Shown piece by piece: positions 1 to 12,354 of a stretch of DNA of 49,393 bases. Both the position numbers and the translations under genes were made by a program. The stretch comes from Paraglomus brasilianum. Taxonomy: Eukaryota. The DNA is taken from NCBI GenBank assembly GCA_910592345.1, contig CAJVPI010000143.1:1-49393 (forward strand). The letters are read 5' to 3'. Each line of letters starts with the position of its first letter. Position 1 is the first letter of the stretch. The notes under the pieces were generated by a model that did not search any database, was not told the origin of the DNA, and saw nothing but the letters and a program-made list of their open reading frames with translations.

Positions 1-720
1 ATTTCTTAACATCTTCAGCAACTTGATGGTGGTGAGAAAACTTGGTCTATTCAAACAGTTAATCGGATACTCGATTTATTTTTAATTTTTTTTGGGAGAC
101 GATTTCTGGAATTGCATTGTAATTGTTGTATATAATTTTTCTCTATTTTATGAAGTCTGGGATGCAAACAGAAATGATACCAAGATAAGGATGCAACGGT
201 TCTATATGAACAATCATATGGACCTACAGAATTTGTACTATCACACAAATTAGATGACTTTGTAAAACTAGCACGTAACAGAGTAGATGACTTGAATTAT
301 CATTTTACGAATAATGAGAATTGTACAACTACCATGGCAAAGAAATTGAAATCTGTTGGGATTAACGGATACAGTAAGTATATATTTTTGTTATATATAC
401 ACTAATTATAATTTACTAACTTGGTCTAACTCTTTTTTTAGAATATCTAATCTCAGTATATCTTATGGACATTATTCGTATAAAGACTTACAGAATATAC
501 GAAATATTTTCCTTTAATTCCTACGTCATACTCTGAAAGATAGGAGTTATTAAATATTGTTAGACTTGGTGTCCTTTTGGAGGTATTATTTATTTTTAAT
601 ATCAAATATATCTTATTCACGATTTGTTCATTAAAGTTCTACTTCTAACTATTGTAGAAATTGCTGATGGAGAATGCATTAAAAATTGATGATACCCGTT
701 GTGTTCGTGATTGGATAAAC
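1..720 (+). pseudogene. Degenerate, 5'-truncated gene of a repetitive PD-(D/E)xK/REase-like family
   Basis: Translatable pieces DGGEKTWSIQTVNRILDLF and GCKQK*YQDKDATVLYEQSYGPTEFVLSHKLDDFVKLARNRVDDLNYHF...SVGINGY, with a GTAAG...TTAG intron at ~373-441. In-frame stops are present. The E-x-S...D-xx-KL-x-R-xx-D pattern is shared with the 10.9 kb relic. Confidence 0.5.
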
Positions 721-1236
721 ACGGACAAAAATACCAGACAACACTCCTCCAGCCACTTCTCGACATCGGACTCAAACACTTGTGAAATCATCCAGGAATA
801 CAATTAAACGCCGACATAATTAATATTTTTTCAATTATGTTGATGACCAGGATGATTATAGTTATTCCCATGGTTTGAGAAGCTAGTGTGATACTTGGGA
901 TATGATTACGTTAGTCACGAGAATAAAAATGAATACGATATTATATTATAATATACTTGTTACAAACTGCTATAAATCAATAAAATTGCTATAAATTGTT
1001 TAAATCACTAAAAATCGTTATAAACTGCTTTTAGTTTTCAGACTTATCAATTATATACATTATATTAAGCACTTTGAGCAGGAAAACAAATACAAAAACA
1101 TTCCCCACTCCAAAAGTATTGTATTAGATTTTCGCATGGGTACAGATGTCAGAAATTTGCTTGGCATCTCCTTTATAATAAGCCTTCTAGTACTTTCACT
1201 ATAAAGAGGTCAGATGGAGAAGATCAACATATTGAG

Positions 1237-1551
1237 TTGTCGAAATGCAAGTTTAGGTTTACAATTGGAGATGGGGATGAATTAGAGAAACTTCTTCAAG
1301 AGGCACAGGCAAAAACGGCAATGGTGGACATTAAGGTGGCAGAGGGAAGATTGGAAGAAGAGGAATTGAAAAGTAGAAAGCGTAAGCATGAAGAGGAAGA
1401 AGAGGAATTGAAAAGTAGAAAGCGTAAGCGTGAAGAGAAGCATGAAAAGGTAGATGATTTGAAGTGGAAGATAGAATTTTGGAATGAGCAAGGACACATG
1501 GATAAAGTCAACAAATTTAGACAGGAGCTTTATGAACTGATGGATGATTGA
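1237..1551 (+). CDS. Charged coiled-coil ORF fragment with an internal 42-bp tandem duplication; possibly the C-terminal remnant of a transposon-associated gene
   Basis: Open frame with EEELKSRKRK(H/R)EE twice. GAAGAGGAATTGAAAAGTAGAAAGCGTAAGC is repeated with a 42-nt period. The ORF has no ATG at its start. Confidence 0.35.
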   Translation: MSKCKFRFTIGDGDELEKLLQEAQAKTAMVDIKVAEGRLEEEELKSRKRKHEEEEEELKSRKRKREEKHEKVDDLKWKIEFWNEQGHMDKVNKFRQELYELMDD

Positions 1552-2258
1552 TTTGACATGTAGTCAAAGTTGTAACAAGATTTAGTGCAGAATTGAATAA
1601 AGCTTAACGTTGTAACGAGACTATTTTGTTCTTAGATCATAAAGCCAGCCAGAGGTGATATAATTACATCGTAGGGTGATGCTAGTATAAAGAGTTTATA
1701 TTTCCGATGTCGTGCTTATATTATAGAGCATGTTACCCTGCAACATTCTTCTATGTTTAAATTAATAGTGTTTCTACTTGATATTGACGATCAAGGAAGC
1801 AGATAGTCATAATGTTATAGTGTACAAAACATGCGTAGCGGAACGCAGAATATCGAAAAACAAGATAATAGAACCCGCAAACACAGAATCATATGTATTG
1901 AAAAAGTCGAGGAGCTAATATGTCAACGGGGGACATTTACATATCACCGTGCTCCTTCCAGACCAGATTCTAAAATTAGTTCACTTTACGTATCCATCGC
2001 GCGCTCAACGAGAAACCGAGATCCACCTATAAACGAAAATACAATAATACAAATAATACAAGCTAAATAATAACAATAAACTTTGTAAAATTGGATAACT
2101 ATAATCAAAGATTACGCACAAAAGTGCAACGACCAATAACTATTCGATCAGCAAAAAATAATTTAATGCCACGCTAATAGAATATTTCCATTTAGTCCTC
2201 TGATTAACACATATCTATACACAATTGTATCTATCGTATCCCCTTGTCCTGACTGAGA

Positions 2259-5200
2259 TCAATCCTTCTTTCGGTGACCCCCATTATGATGAAAACGCGC
2301 ATTATAACTCCCACGCCCACGACCTCTGCCGAACCCACGTCGTCCGCCGCCGCCATAACCGCCTCTATGGGGGGAGTAAGTTTTCTTCAGGTTTACGGTT
2401 AGCTTGTTGCCTCCTAGCAACTGATGTGTATAAAGAGGAAAATGCAAGATAGAAGGAGGTTATATAATAGAGCAATAACTAACGTGCTGATGAACAGGAT
2501 GGAAACCCAGTAGGTACAGACTCGACTATTAAAGCCAATTTTACTTACCTGTCCATCGAGCTGAAGTGCACGATCGCACGATTCCTTATCTACAAAATCA
2601 ACGTATGCGAAGTCTTTTCTTCGTTGACTATTCGAGTCTATCGGAATACTGACCTTTTCGATCTTTTGGGACAATGCAGTATGGTGAAGAGATGGTGGTT
2701 AGAATCACAGATGTAATAAAATGGTTGTAAATACTTGAAATCATCTATGCATGAATTACCCCCGATGCATCACCACCAAAGAACTCTCTTATTTCATCTT
2801 CATTCGTCTCGGGTGTTATTTTCCCGATGTATGCTGTATATCCATGTCTCTGCTATTTGAATTGGGTGAATCAAGAACGGTAGATACCAAAGTTAGTGTC
2901 AATTCTTTGAAATACCACCAGTCTCAATATATTATATTGTTCAATCACTCATCACACGTCTCTTCACTTACGTTTTCATATCTGTTCTCACGATTTCCAT
3001 AAGAGCTCGATCGTCCTGACTCTGTCCTGTCGTCCTCATCTTGTTGTCCTTGTCCGTCTGCATCCCGTTCATCGTTCCCCTTCATCATACTACCATATCC
3101 ATCCTCTTTTGCGAATTCGTTGGTAGTCTGGTCAGCCCATGTTTGATTAGCCTCGTAAGCTGTTGAGTCGCCGAGGGGGTACGATTGTGGCTGAGGAAGG
3201 ATAAAGGAAGTAGTATAAGAACCATACAAAGAAATCGTAGCAGGGAAGTGTGGGGATGGTTGGTAAGGGTGGTTGGTAGGGGTGTTGATACGATAAAGTT
3301 TCAGAATTTGTTACATATGAATATGATGGAACCATAGATTGAAATCCAGCAGTACTTGCCTGCTGCAATAAAGAGTTGGCATTGCCACCATCTATACTGC
3401 TTTCTACTGTAGTTCTTTGTTGTCCGATGTCACTAGAAGATTCATTCCAAGTAGCAATTCCGGCTGACGACGAGTTTGTAGTGTACTCAGTAACGTCACC
3501 TCCATCGACGTTATCACTCGTATTCGTGTTCCTGGCGTTACTACCAACACCAGTGGCACTTGCTCCACCGCTATCCATCGTCAATGGTGAAGACGAACGT
3601 AGTGGTGATGGATCGCGATTAGCCGAGTTTTGGGGTCGCAACCCAGGAGACGAAACATTTCGCTGCCATTGAGCTTGAGCTTGACGAGTAAGTATAGGAG
3701 ACGATGGGTTAGGGCTCGATGGAGTTTGTAACGTGACCTGAGTCCGCGGAGCCTGTGTTGGTTGACCGTTGTTCCGGCGATAGGTGAAATTGAAACCTTG
3801 AGGTGTGATACGTATGAAAGTTACATGAGATACGAATTAACGACTCAACGGTTGAGAAACAGATCTTAGGTCAAAGGCCGGTTTATATAATTCAATTGTT
3901 ATACCTTGAGCTTTAGTCTCCGCTGATATTCGCCCATTGGTGACTTCCAGCAACAAGTGTCCAAAAGCAGCATCCGATAGATTAAAATTCCACATATTCT
4001 TGAATGCCGGCTCTTCTTTATCTCTATCCGCTGTAGGAACACGATTAATAACGCCCAATGCATTGTCCAACAAAACTTTCTGTGAGGCACTGTAATGAAA
4101 ATTCACAGATCCGTCAATAAACGCTTTATATGAAACCGTTATAATAACCGATCAATTTCAGCCATTCATAGACTTTAATTACGGTATCACTTATATTCGA
4201 GAAACATACTCAATCTTGGCTTCGACTTGCGACCTAATAGTCGAGTACGTCTCAAGAAAAGTTCTTTTCGAATTTTCTAGTTTTGTTCTGAAGCTTTCCT
4301 GGTCACTTCGTACGGAGAACTCGTTATATGAAATTCCATAGCGGAAATGAAGACCAGCTGAGATCGTGAAGTCAGCCTACGAGAGTGTGAGTGTGGGAAG
4401 AGAATAGCGGTAATTAAGATTGAGACAAGCGCACGAGCGAATATTCGTAATATTATTATCAAGCACGGTTAATTAGTAGATAACTATAATTACAGATAAT
4501 AATCCTGCGGATTAACTAAAAAGTAAACTCTCCAATCAATTTGTATCGACAATAAGAATTCTATACACTACATAGTGCTCGTTCCAACATAAACTTACCC
4601 TAAGCGTTATTGCCAATTGGGTTAACAGTCCATGTCGTCCGGGACTTGCTTGAGTGACTAACACTCTCGTTTCGGTGGGATCATAATGCTTGATGGCGAT
4701 AATAATTTGCGTGAGCATGCAAGCAAGCACACAACACATAATACGTTAAATAAAATCAGGGGGAAAGGGATGATCAAGTTACCCTTTGAGCAGTGTCGAC
4801 CAGTTCACCAATTTGTAGGATAGTGGTCCACATAGTGCCTGCTCCACCTGCGATCGTGCCAATTCCTAAAATATAGATGAGTGAATTAGAACAGTGAAAA
4901 GAGGATCACATATACCATTCTGTGAATTATTATGTACACAAATATGTCGTTGTTTAAATCCGCTTTCTCGATACATATCTTAACAGATACACTCATACTC
5001 TGTCTTACTCTACTCATCCGAACACAACAACCAACCAATTTACCTTCCCCATTATCGAACAGCTTATGAGGTACAACAGCTCCGCCTAACCCATACAATC
5101 TCAAATTCACGTTTCCCACATCGATTAAATATGAAGTACTCTCATCAAGAATAAATAAGTTTCGAATTTCATATTCTTTCATTCGAAACCTCTCCAATAC

Positions 5201-6490
5201 TCTTACATCCTCACACGCTCCCCAGACAGTGTAGACAGGGACTTTTAGTTGACAGGCACCGGAGAGAAATTTGGGAAATTCGGATAATAGTGGCTCTTCA
5301 CGATCCTTGATCATACGACGAATTTCCTCGTCGGTGGAATTTGCGAGGTGGGCGCGAAGTGAGGGTTGTATTAGTGTAGAATATAATATTGTATGACGAA
5401 GTGTTCTGGTTTGTTATCGAATTGGTAGGAAAGGTATGAGAAATTTAAAAATAGAAGTTAGATCGACACTGAGAATTGCAAACATACCTCTCGCTCATTC
5501 TTTCTAAACTTGAGTTCTCTAAAATAATAATTCGGTGTTATATGTTTATTAAAAGATACGAATCATGACATATCAGTCGATATTATAATATAGTTGTAAT
5601 AATATGAAGGCAAGTTTACAAGTATAGTGAGTCACAATCAATTGAATTCATACCATAAAAAACCAAAATCTCCAGAGTGGATTATAGCTGTCGCGCCAGT
5701 TTGCTCGGCGAGAACATTTAATTGCGAGATGTTTCCTAATGATATCCATTTGCACATAAGAAATGTGAATATGAAAGTTTATATTGCATAGACCCATGCT
5801 CTACATTTTGCATGCGATAAACACATTAATCTGTGTTCTTCCAACTGGACTCTGGTATTCGAAAATCAATCCTCACCCCGCACGTCGGCCACACACAAGA
5901 TCTTCCCCCATTCGTGACTGATGGTGTTAACGATTGTTGGAGTGCTAAGTGGTAGATTTGTTGTGTTTACAGAGATTCCGTTTACGGGTCGTGTATTCGT
6001 GTGAGTCGTAGCAGATTGATCGTAACCGTAGTTATACGTTGGACCTTGAACGAAAAAACCAAAAAGTTTAATAAGGAAAAATGAGATGAAAATGAAAAAT
6101 AAAAATCGAAATTTTTGTTGCAATTACGCATCAGACTTCCTTTCGACAATACTAATTAGAGTAAAGTAATACAGAGCCATAGTATTATATGTAGTCGTAT
6201 AAATTGCAGCTTAACTACTTCTATCCCATCAGTAAGTTGATCAGTTGTCCGTTAAACCAACCAGCTTCCGATCTCGTCGACTGTTTATTTACGACAATTG
6301 AACACAATAACAGCGACGACAATGACAACAACGACGCCAACTTCTCAGAGACGCCGCAATCTTATCAGTTGTTCCGCCCATCCCGAAAAGCTATATACAT
6401 TCACGTACCACCATTAGCCATACGTGGTTGGGAAGCGCTGGTCGTTGATGCTGGTTGATCGTAGATGTAATCTTGAGGTGGCGGTGACAT
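2259..6490 (-). CDS. DUF2433-family calcineurin-like metallophosphoesterase-fold protein with C-terminal RRM and RGG tail (multi-exon)
   Basis: ATG at 6490 ([12 protein letters not shown]). Spliced exons give [90 protein letters not shown] and [16 protein letters not shown]. The RRM has RNP2 AYIGKI and RNP1 KDFAYVDF, and the last exon encodes [19 protein letters not shown]. Two apparent frame breaks are described in the findings. Confidence 0.85.
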
Positions 6491-7794
6491 GTCGATTGGC
6501 CAGTGATTAGTGTGATCGTAGTTGGATCCTGGTGCGAAGCAAACGGTGATAATATAACGGAGATTGAATCAATAACGATATTATATGGTTTGAAGATAAG
6601 AAAACGTTGATAGAATAACAAATAAGTATTCCATGTATGAGCAATAGTAGATTGTTGTGGAAGCTGTTATTACCACGAGCAGATAGCATATTGGGGATCT
6701 CGCTCTATTCGTTAAGCGAGATGCAGTCTATTTGGGGTAAGGTAAAGGAGATAATAAAAATAATTATTCTATTCTATATTAATAACGGGAAGAACGAGGA
6801 GGAAACTATTAGGTGTTTTAAGAAATAGCACTACTAATTGCAAGAATATCAATGACGAAAGTATAGTACCGGAGTTATTAATTGAATCTAGAACGAAAAT
6901 AGTACTCATAACTATTCCTATTACTGCTAGTACTACTACATATAGATATTGTTCTCGCCGATATATTAATACGCACCAGTTGCGGGAATCCGTGTTTCTT
7001 AAAGCAGGTGTTCTTCCTGTAATGCTACAGTAGTCGTTACAGGCTGGAAGATGAGTAAAGACTACCTTTCCCGACGCGCAACAATCTTTCCTAACAAGAG
7101 CAATAGGTGAATACCGTGTAACCACTTTGGGAACTACTTTTCTTATCACCCTTTGCTCTTCTCTGTTATTTTCCGAAAAAGGTGTAACACAGAAAGGATG
7201 TACATGCTATATTCGATCAACGTGTCATGTTGCACTTCTTGTTTTGATTGCTTATGTGTCGATTTATGATAATACGGGTAGAATTTAATTGGTTATGATT
7301 TAAAGTTGTTATTAATGATACGGTTTCCTAAAGAAGTAGATTGCAAGAGTGGCAGATGATCAATACGCGGCATTTTACTAGGCTCGTTAACAATGTAAAA
7401 GAAATTCAATTGTCAACTTTAAATCTTCCTACGAGTAAAAGAAACCATGAACCTAAAATCTGGTTGCAGTTTGCTTAGAGAAAGGTTAATATTAAGATAG
7501 ATAGAAGCTTGTTATTTAGAGTAGGAATTTCCCTTTTAGAGCATTGGTCACGCACGAATTAGGACATGATTAATTCTACTCTAACCTATTGTGGCTCTGA
7601 AAACTCTCGATTCCTTAACTTTTGCAAGTGTAGAGGATGGTTGCCTGATAATCAACTACTTGTTTAAGATATATCTATTGTTAAGCTCCAAAACAGGTCA
7701 AAATGCTTTATTAATTATAATTAGCACCAAAATTGGTTAAGAACACCATTCAATAATACGCCAACTCTATTGTAAAATTAAATAAAGTGATTTG

Positions 7795-9423
7795 TTATGA
7801 AAACAAATAATCAAAAAAACTCTGTTTGGGAACTTCGACGGGTTGCTTTTTAATTATACTGTTCTTTCCCGACTTGGACTCGTAGAAACACGCTGGATGA
7901 CAGATGTACGTCAAGCGACGACCATCGGTTGAGTTTTTACCTAAAGATGGTATTTACAAAGTAGTAACGTAATACGTAAGACAAGGGATGAGTTTAGAGG
8001 CTTCGGTATTGGATAGCTTTGGCAACGTTTAATATAAAAGCTATACTATAACAACTCCCCTTGAAACCATACTTACTGAATGAAGTAACGTTGTAATATT
8101 GACACATAAGATGCACAACCCAACGCGAGAATTTATCCTCAATATCCAGAATCAGCAAACCATCATTGTTTGCTATACCAATCACTTCTTCCCACGTGCC
8201 ATGTTTCTGCCAATAGACCACAACAGGAACACCTCCAACGTCGCTTCCGTCGCTTCCGTCGCTTGCATCGTCTCCATCGTCTATATCATCCTCTACCACA
8301 ATCCAATCGATAGATATACTTCTGTTATGAGAAGGTCTGGCCAACTCGGCAGCTGTCTTGCTATTTTCCATTCGTTTGTCCTTTCCATCAAATTGACGGC
8401 TTTCGTTCCTGTTAGACTTTGTTCCATCCTTAGCTTTCTCCTTTACCTTTGTTCTCTTTTCCTTCCCTATTCTAATTTCTTCCTTTGCGTCAGCATTCGA
8501 ACCGGATAGAAACGCCATCAGTTTCTCTTCATATTTTTTGACAATTCCTTCGGGCTGACTCTTCTTTAGTCTTTTCCGCGCATGTTTCCCTAAAACATTC
8601 TCTTTGTTATCTCTAGTATGCCTTTTACATTCCGGTTCGTGTGCGGGAAGAGGGAGGTAGCCAAGATCGGCAAATACGGTACAGAAATGATCAATCATAG
8701 CGTCATAGTAGAAGTGAAACGTAGACATCTCGTGAGAGTAGCCGGGTGGCGCAAGATCAATTGGGTCGAGAATTGCAAGTGGATGATAGGCAAAATTATC
8801 TACATATGAGAAAGGGGAATTGAAAGAATTTGGGGAAACGGAGGTAATAGGAAGGCGGGTTGAATGGAAAGTTAATGGGAGCGAGACGACGGATGGAGAA
8901 TTGTGTGGCTAATATGTAACAATCTAACCGGATAGTCTCTTTACTAACTTGATCGGCTTTCTAATGGTATCAGAGAGAAATTGACATAACAGTAACTGAT
9001 AAATGCATCTATCCTTCGTTCGGTGTGCGGATCGACGGATTAGACCCTGTCAATTGACTGTTTTCAATCCTTTCCTGTTCATTCTCTTGCATGTGGCAAA
9101 TCCTACTCTTCTTGTCTTCTCCAATTCTGACTTTTGTTACTTATCACTATGCATACATTCCTATCATTATTCTTATCTCTTGGCTACCACTTACTATTAT
9201 CGTGTCTATTCCGTCTTCTGGAGCCATCTTTTCCAGGACTATCCCTTCGAGCAAGAGAGTCTCTCTGATGGAAATACCCTCTTTTCTTACGCGGTTTCTT
9301 AGACTTAATAGTGCATACCTCTTCTGGACATACGTCTTGGTTGAGATGGTCGGAAGTGGGTAGACTCGAGGGGTTGGTGGTCGTTGCCGAATGGGCCTGG
9401 TCTAACTCAGCGGTAATAGCCAT
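7795..9423 (-). CDS. R3H-associated N-terminal domain protein with an R3H-like C-terminus (3 exons)
   Basis: MAITAELDQ...GSRRRNRHDN, intron, NFAYHPLAILDPIDLAPP...EDKFSRWVVHLMCQYYNVTSFS (R-xxx-H motif), intron, KNSTDGRRLTYICHP...QSFFDYLFS*. Splice phases are consistent and canonical. Confidence 0.75.
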
Positions 9424-10549
9424 AGCAGTTGAGAAGTCAAGTTTGAGGAGTATGTGGACTTGTAAATATGTCAAAGAAGACGGCTGAGATGTGACGGTGA
9501 TAGTGAGGGGAGATAAGCCTTATGTCATACTCGATTGTGCTGCGGTATCGAGCTACATGAATTCAGGGGTTTGAATTCTGTTTTACGAAAACGCGAACAT
9601 GTCCCTGCATAAGAAGTTGTGTGAACTGACCAACAATTTTTTCTATGAATTTTGGCGACAACGAATATCGAAGAGCACCGGGAAATCAGTTCAAAACTGG
9701 ATTCTATATAGACTTGGTACACGAGCTACTTTTTGAGATATAAACATCATTCGTCTCTACTATTGAATATAACGAATAGTTGTCAATGATAACTCCATCA
9801 TCCATTGCCCAATAAGCTAAAGTTTTAGGCCCTTATAGTCGGCTCTTCGCAACTTTATGCAATTATTTACGCTCTGTTCAGCGCCTATAATTTTTGTTGT
9901 CATATATATGTTTGCACGAACACCTACATAAATTACGCTCTCCTAAACTCCAATTGAATATTTTAAGCATGCTTTCTGGCACTCACTTTGCATCCATTAT
10001 TATTAAACAAGCAAACTTTTTTTTGTAAAGGACTTTACCATGGCCAGAGGAATAAAAATTCCAAATTTTTATGGGCTTCATTAATAGGATAACTCACCTG
10101 GATTCATCGTTCAATCTCATGCGTTCAAAATCTTCGTTCGCGATACGTACGTATCATTCAACGTTTCCTTCACCATAATTTTTTTATATAAAAATAACAT
10201 GTTTCTTGGTGCAGGCGTAATTCCCAATAAGTCTCACCAATTGTATAGCATTATCTGCTAAAGTGAAGTTCCACTACCATTCTTCCAAAAACTGAAAACA
10301 GAAGAGAAGCTATTCGTTGCCTTTAATAATGGTTATATTGTTAATAACCGTAGCTAACTTAGAATATGATTGGTTCTTCATAGAAATTACGATTATTTAA
10401 CTATTTTTAGCTCCGTTTTCGATTTGAGGATGGGATACAAGTGGAGATGCAGGAATGTAATTTTCAGTCACCGACACAAATTGCGTCAATAGAAATTTTA
10501 TCGCAACAAAATTATATAATCCTGAGATTGCTTTGTAAAGAAAAGACTC

Positions 10550-11400
10550 GGCAAATTCTCATTTACGCAAATCGATACCTGATACGTTAACGCCATTGCT
10601 AAATGTTTCAAACGACTTAATAATCTGCACAAACACTTAAATTAACAAAGCCATAGAGCAACGCCATTATAGAATTTTTCACAATCACGCGTTTGTCTAA
10701 TCAATATTCTTTCAATTTGTTGATTGACGAGTTATGTGAAGGCGTTTACAATTGTCTGGCTATTGTCATAAATTATTAATATTTAAAACTTATAGGTCGA
10801 CTATTGATGTAGAATCATGTGATAGTGTACTGAGCATAAACTGTATAATCTTACAAAGTTCTGTTATACAATTGTATTAGGGCTGAGGAAGTTAGTGAGG
10901 CTTCATCACATTATGGGAAGATTCGTAAACCTGACATGCGCATCAAACTACCAACATCAAACTTGGAAATATTATTTCTAGAGAGCTCACGCCCTAAGGC
11001 GGGTATTCCAAAGTTTATTTTGGATTGGGCTAAGTTGGTGCGTATGTCTAAGGATGCGCATAACGTCATGATGAAGTTCATAACACAGGATCAATTGAAT
11101 CCGTGCTGTGCCCATTGTAATGATACAAGTTCATTGTCTTGAGATAAAAATTGCAGTATTAGACAGACCTCATATGCTGTATTATCGCGTACGTGTGCTA
11201 GAGACTTTTACGATACCTCTAACGCCTTTTAAAAGCTGGAGGATTTTGTAAGTCACTGGTTAAAACTTCAACAGTACGTTGATAATTTGGATAGCGAGCA
11301 GCAAGATCTTAAGACGCAATATAATAGTTGGCACAAGCGAGTTTCTTCCAACACCGTGCTCCAAGTGCAATGAGCATTGACGATTTCCGCACTCCCAGTA
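10550..11400 (+). pseudogene. Decayed PD-(D/E)xK restriction-endonuclease-fold gene
   Basis: After an AG acceptor at ~10880 the frame reads AEEVSEASSHYGKIRKPDMRIKLPTSNLEILFLESSRPKAGIPKFILDWAKLVRMSKD, an E...S...RKPD...E-x-S...D-xx-KL pattern. Flanking frames are broken by stops. Boundaries are approximate. Confidence 0.55.
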
Positions 11401-12354
11401 CCCTCTAGTGTTATGCATTATTATATAGATTTAATAAACAAGTAGATAAGGGATAGGGTCCATAAAAGTCAAATGGCTATTTGCTTCGATTTTTGGAAAT
11501 TACTTGATGAAAATGAATTCTCCAAAACTTAAACATGTCCAATTCTGATTATAGATACAGCGTGTGCAATTAGTAATTTTGTTCGAGAGGGGTATCTAAA
11601 TATGTCCCACCATGATGCCAAAAGATGGTATGATTATTAGAAGCGTCAACCAGCTGATGGCATGAAAGAATTAACTAAAAGACAATCACAACAAGAATTA
11701 ACTAAAAGACGATTAGTTATGTGATAAAATCAAAGCTAATCCAGAATTACCTTCTTTAAATCTTTTTTCTACTATTTCTGACGCCGATGGCTGTCTGAAC
11801 GTAACTTACATATAAGTCACATGATTAATAAATATGTCGCGATAACTCTCTTCCTAGCATTATAGCCTTCCTATTTCACGTTTATTCGCAGACAAAAACT
11901 TGGTATATATTTTCGTGCTACAAATCAAGCAAACTCATGCAGAAAAATAGGCTTCCACGATGATGAATGTAACATTCGCCCGTTTTGTTAGTTAGTGTGA
12001 AACGCCGATTGCATGTACATGCGATATTTAGCGGACATAATTACTACTGATTTAATACATTATATAACACAGGCGAGCTTGTATAATAATTATCAAGGGG
12101 ACATTAACCATCATCAGCAATATAAATCATTCTTTTGCAGGAGTCCAAAACGTGGATACACACTTGGTTTGTTTTTTATCCTGCCTCGGCAAGGATGCTC
12201 AGAATTCTAAGATTATATTTGTGTTTGGACCTGATACAAGTTATACATATGAAGCTACATTACTGGTATAGACCTGATCCGGGTAAAATTTGAATTTGTG
12301 TTAAGATAAATATTTCAAATGACTAATTTTTTTAATAGTCCTTTTTGGTTTGCC

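Noticed and set aside
960..1030. Short degenerate repeats (AATTGCTATAAAT-like)
   Set aside because: Low-complexity AT-rich units with no constant repeat and unique spacers; not a CRISPR array and no clear function.
6769..7149. 126-aa minus-strand ORF with a hydrophobic end
   Set aside because: Non-ATG start, no splice partners and no recognisable motif; it lies in the upstream region of the DUF2433 gene.
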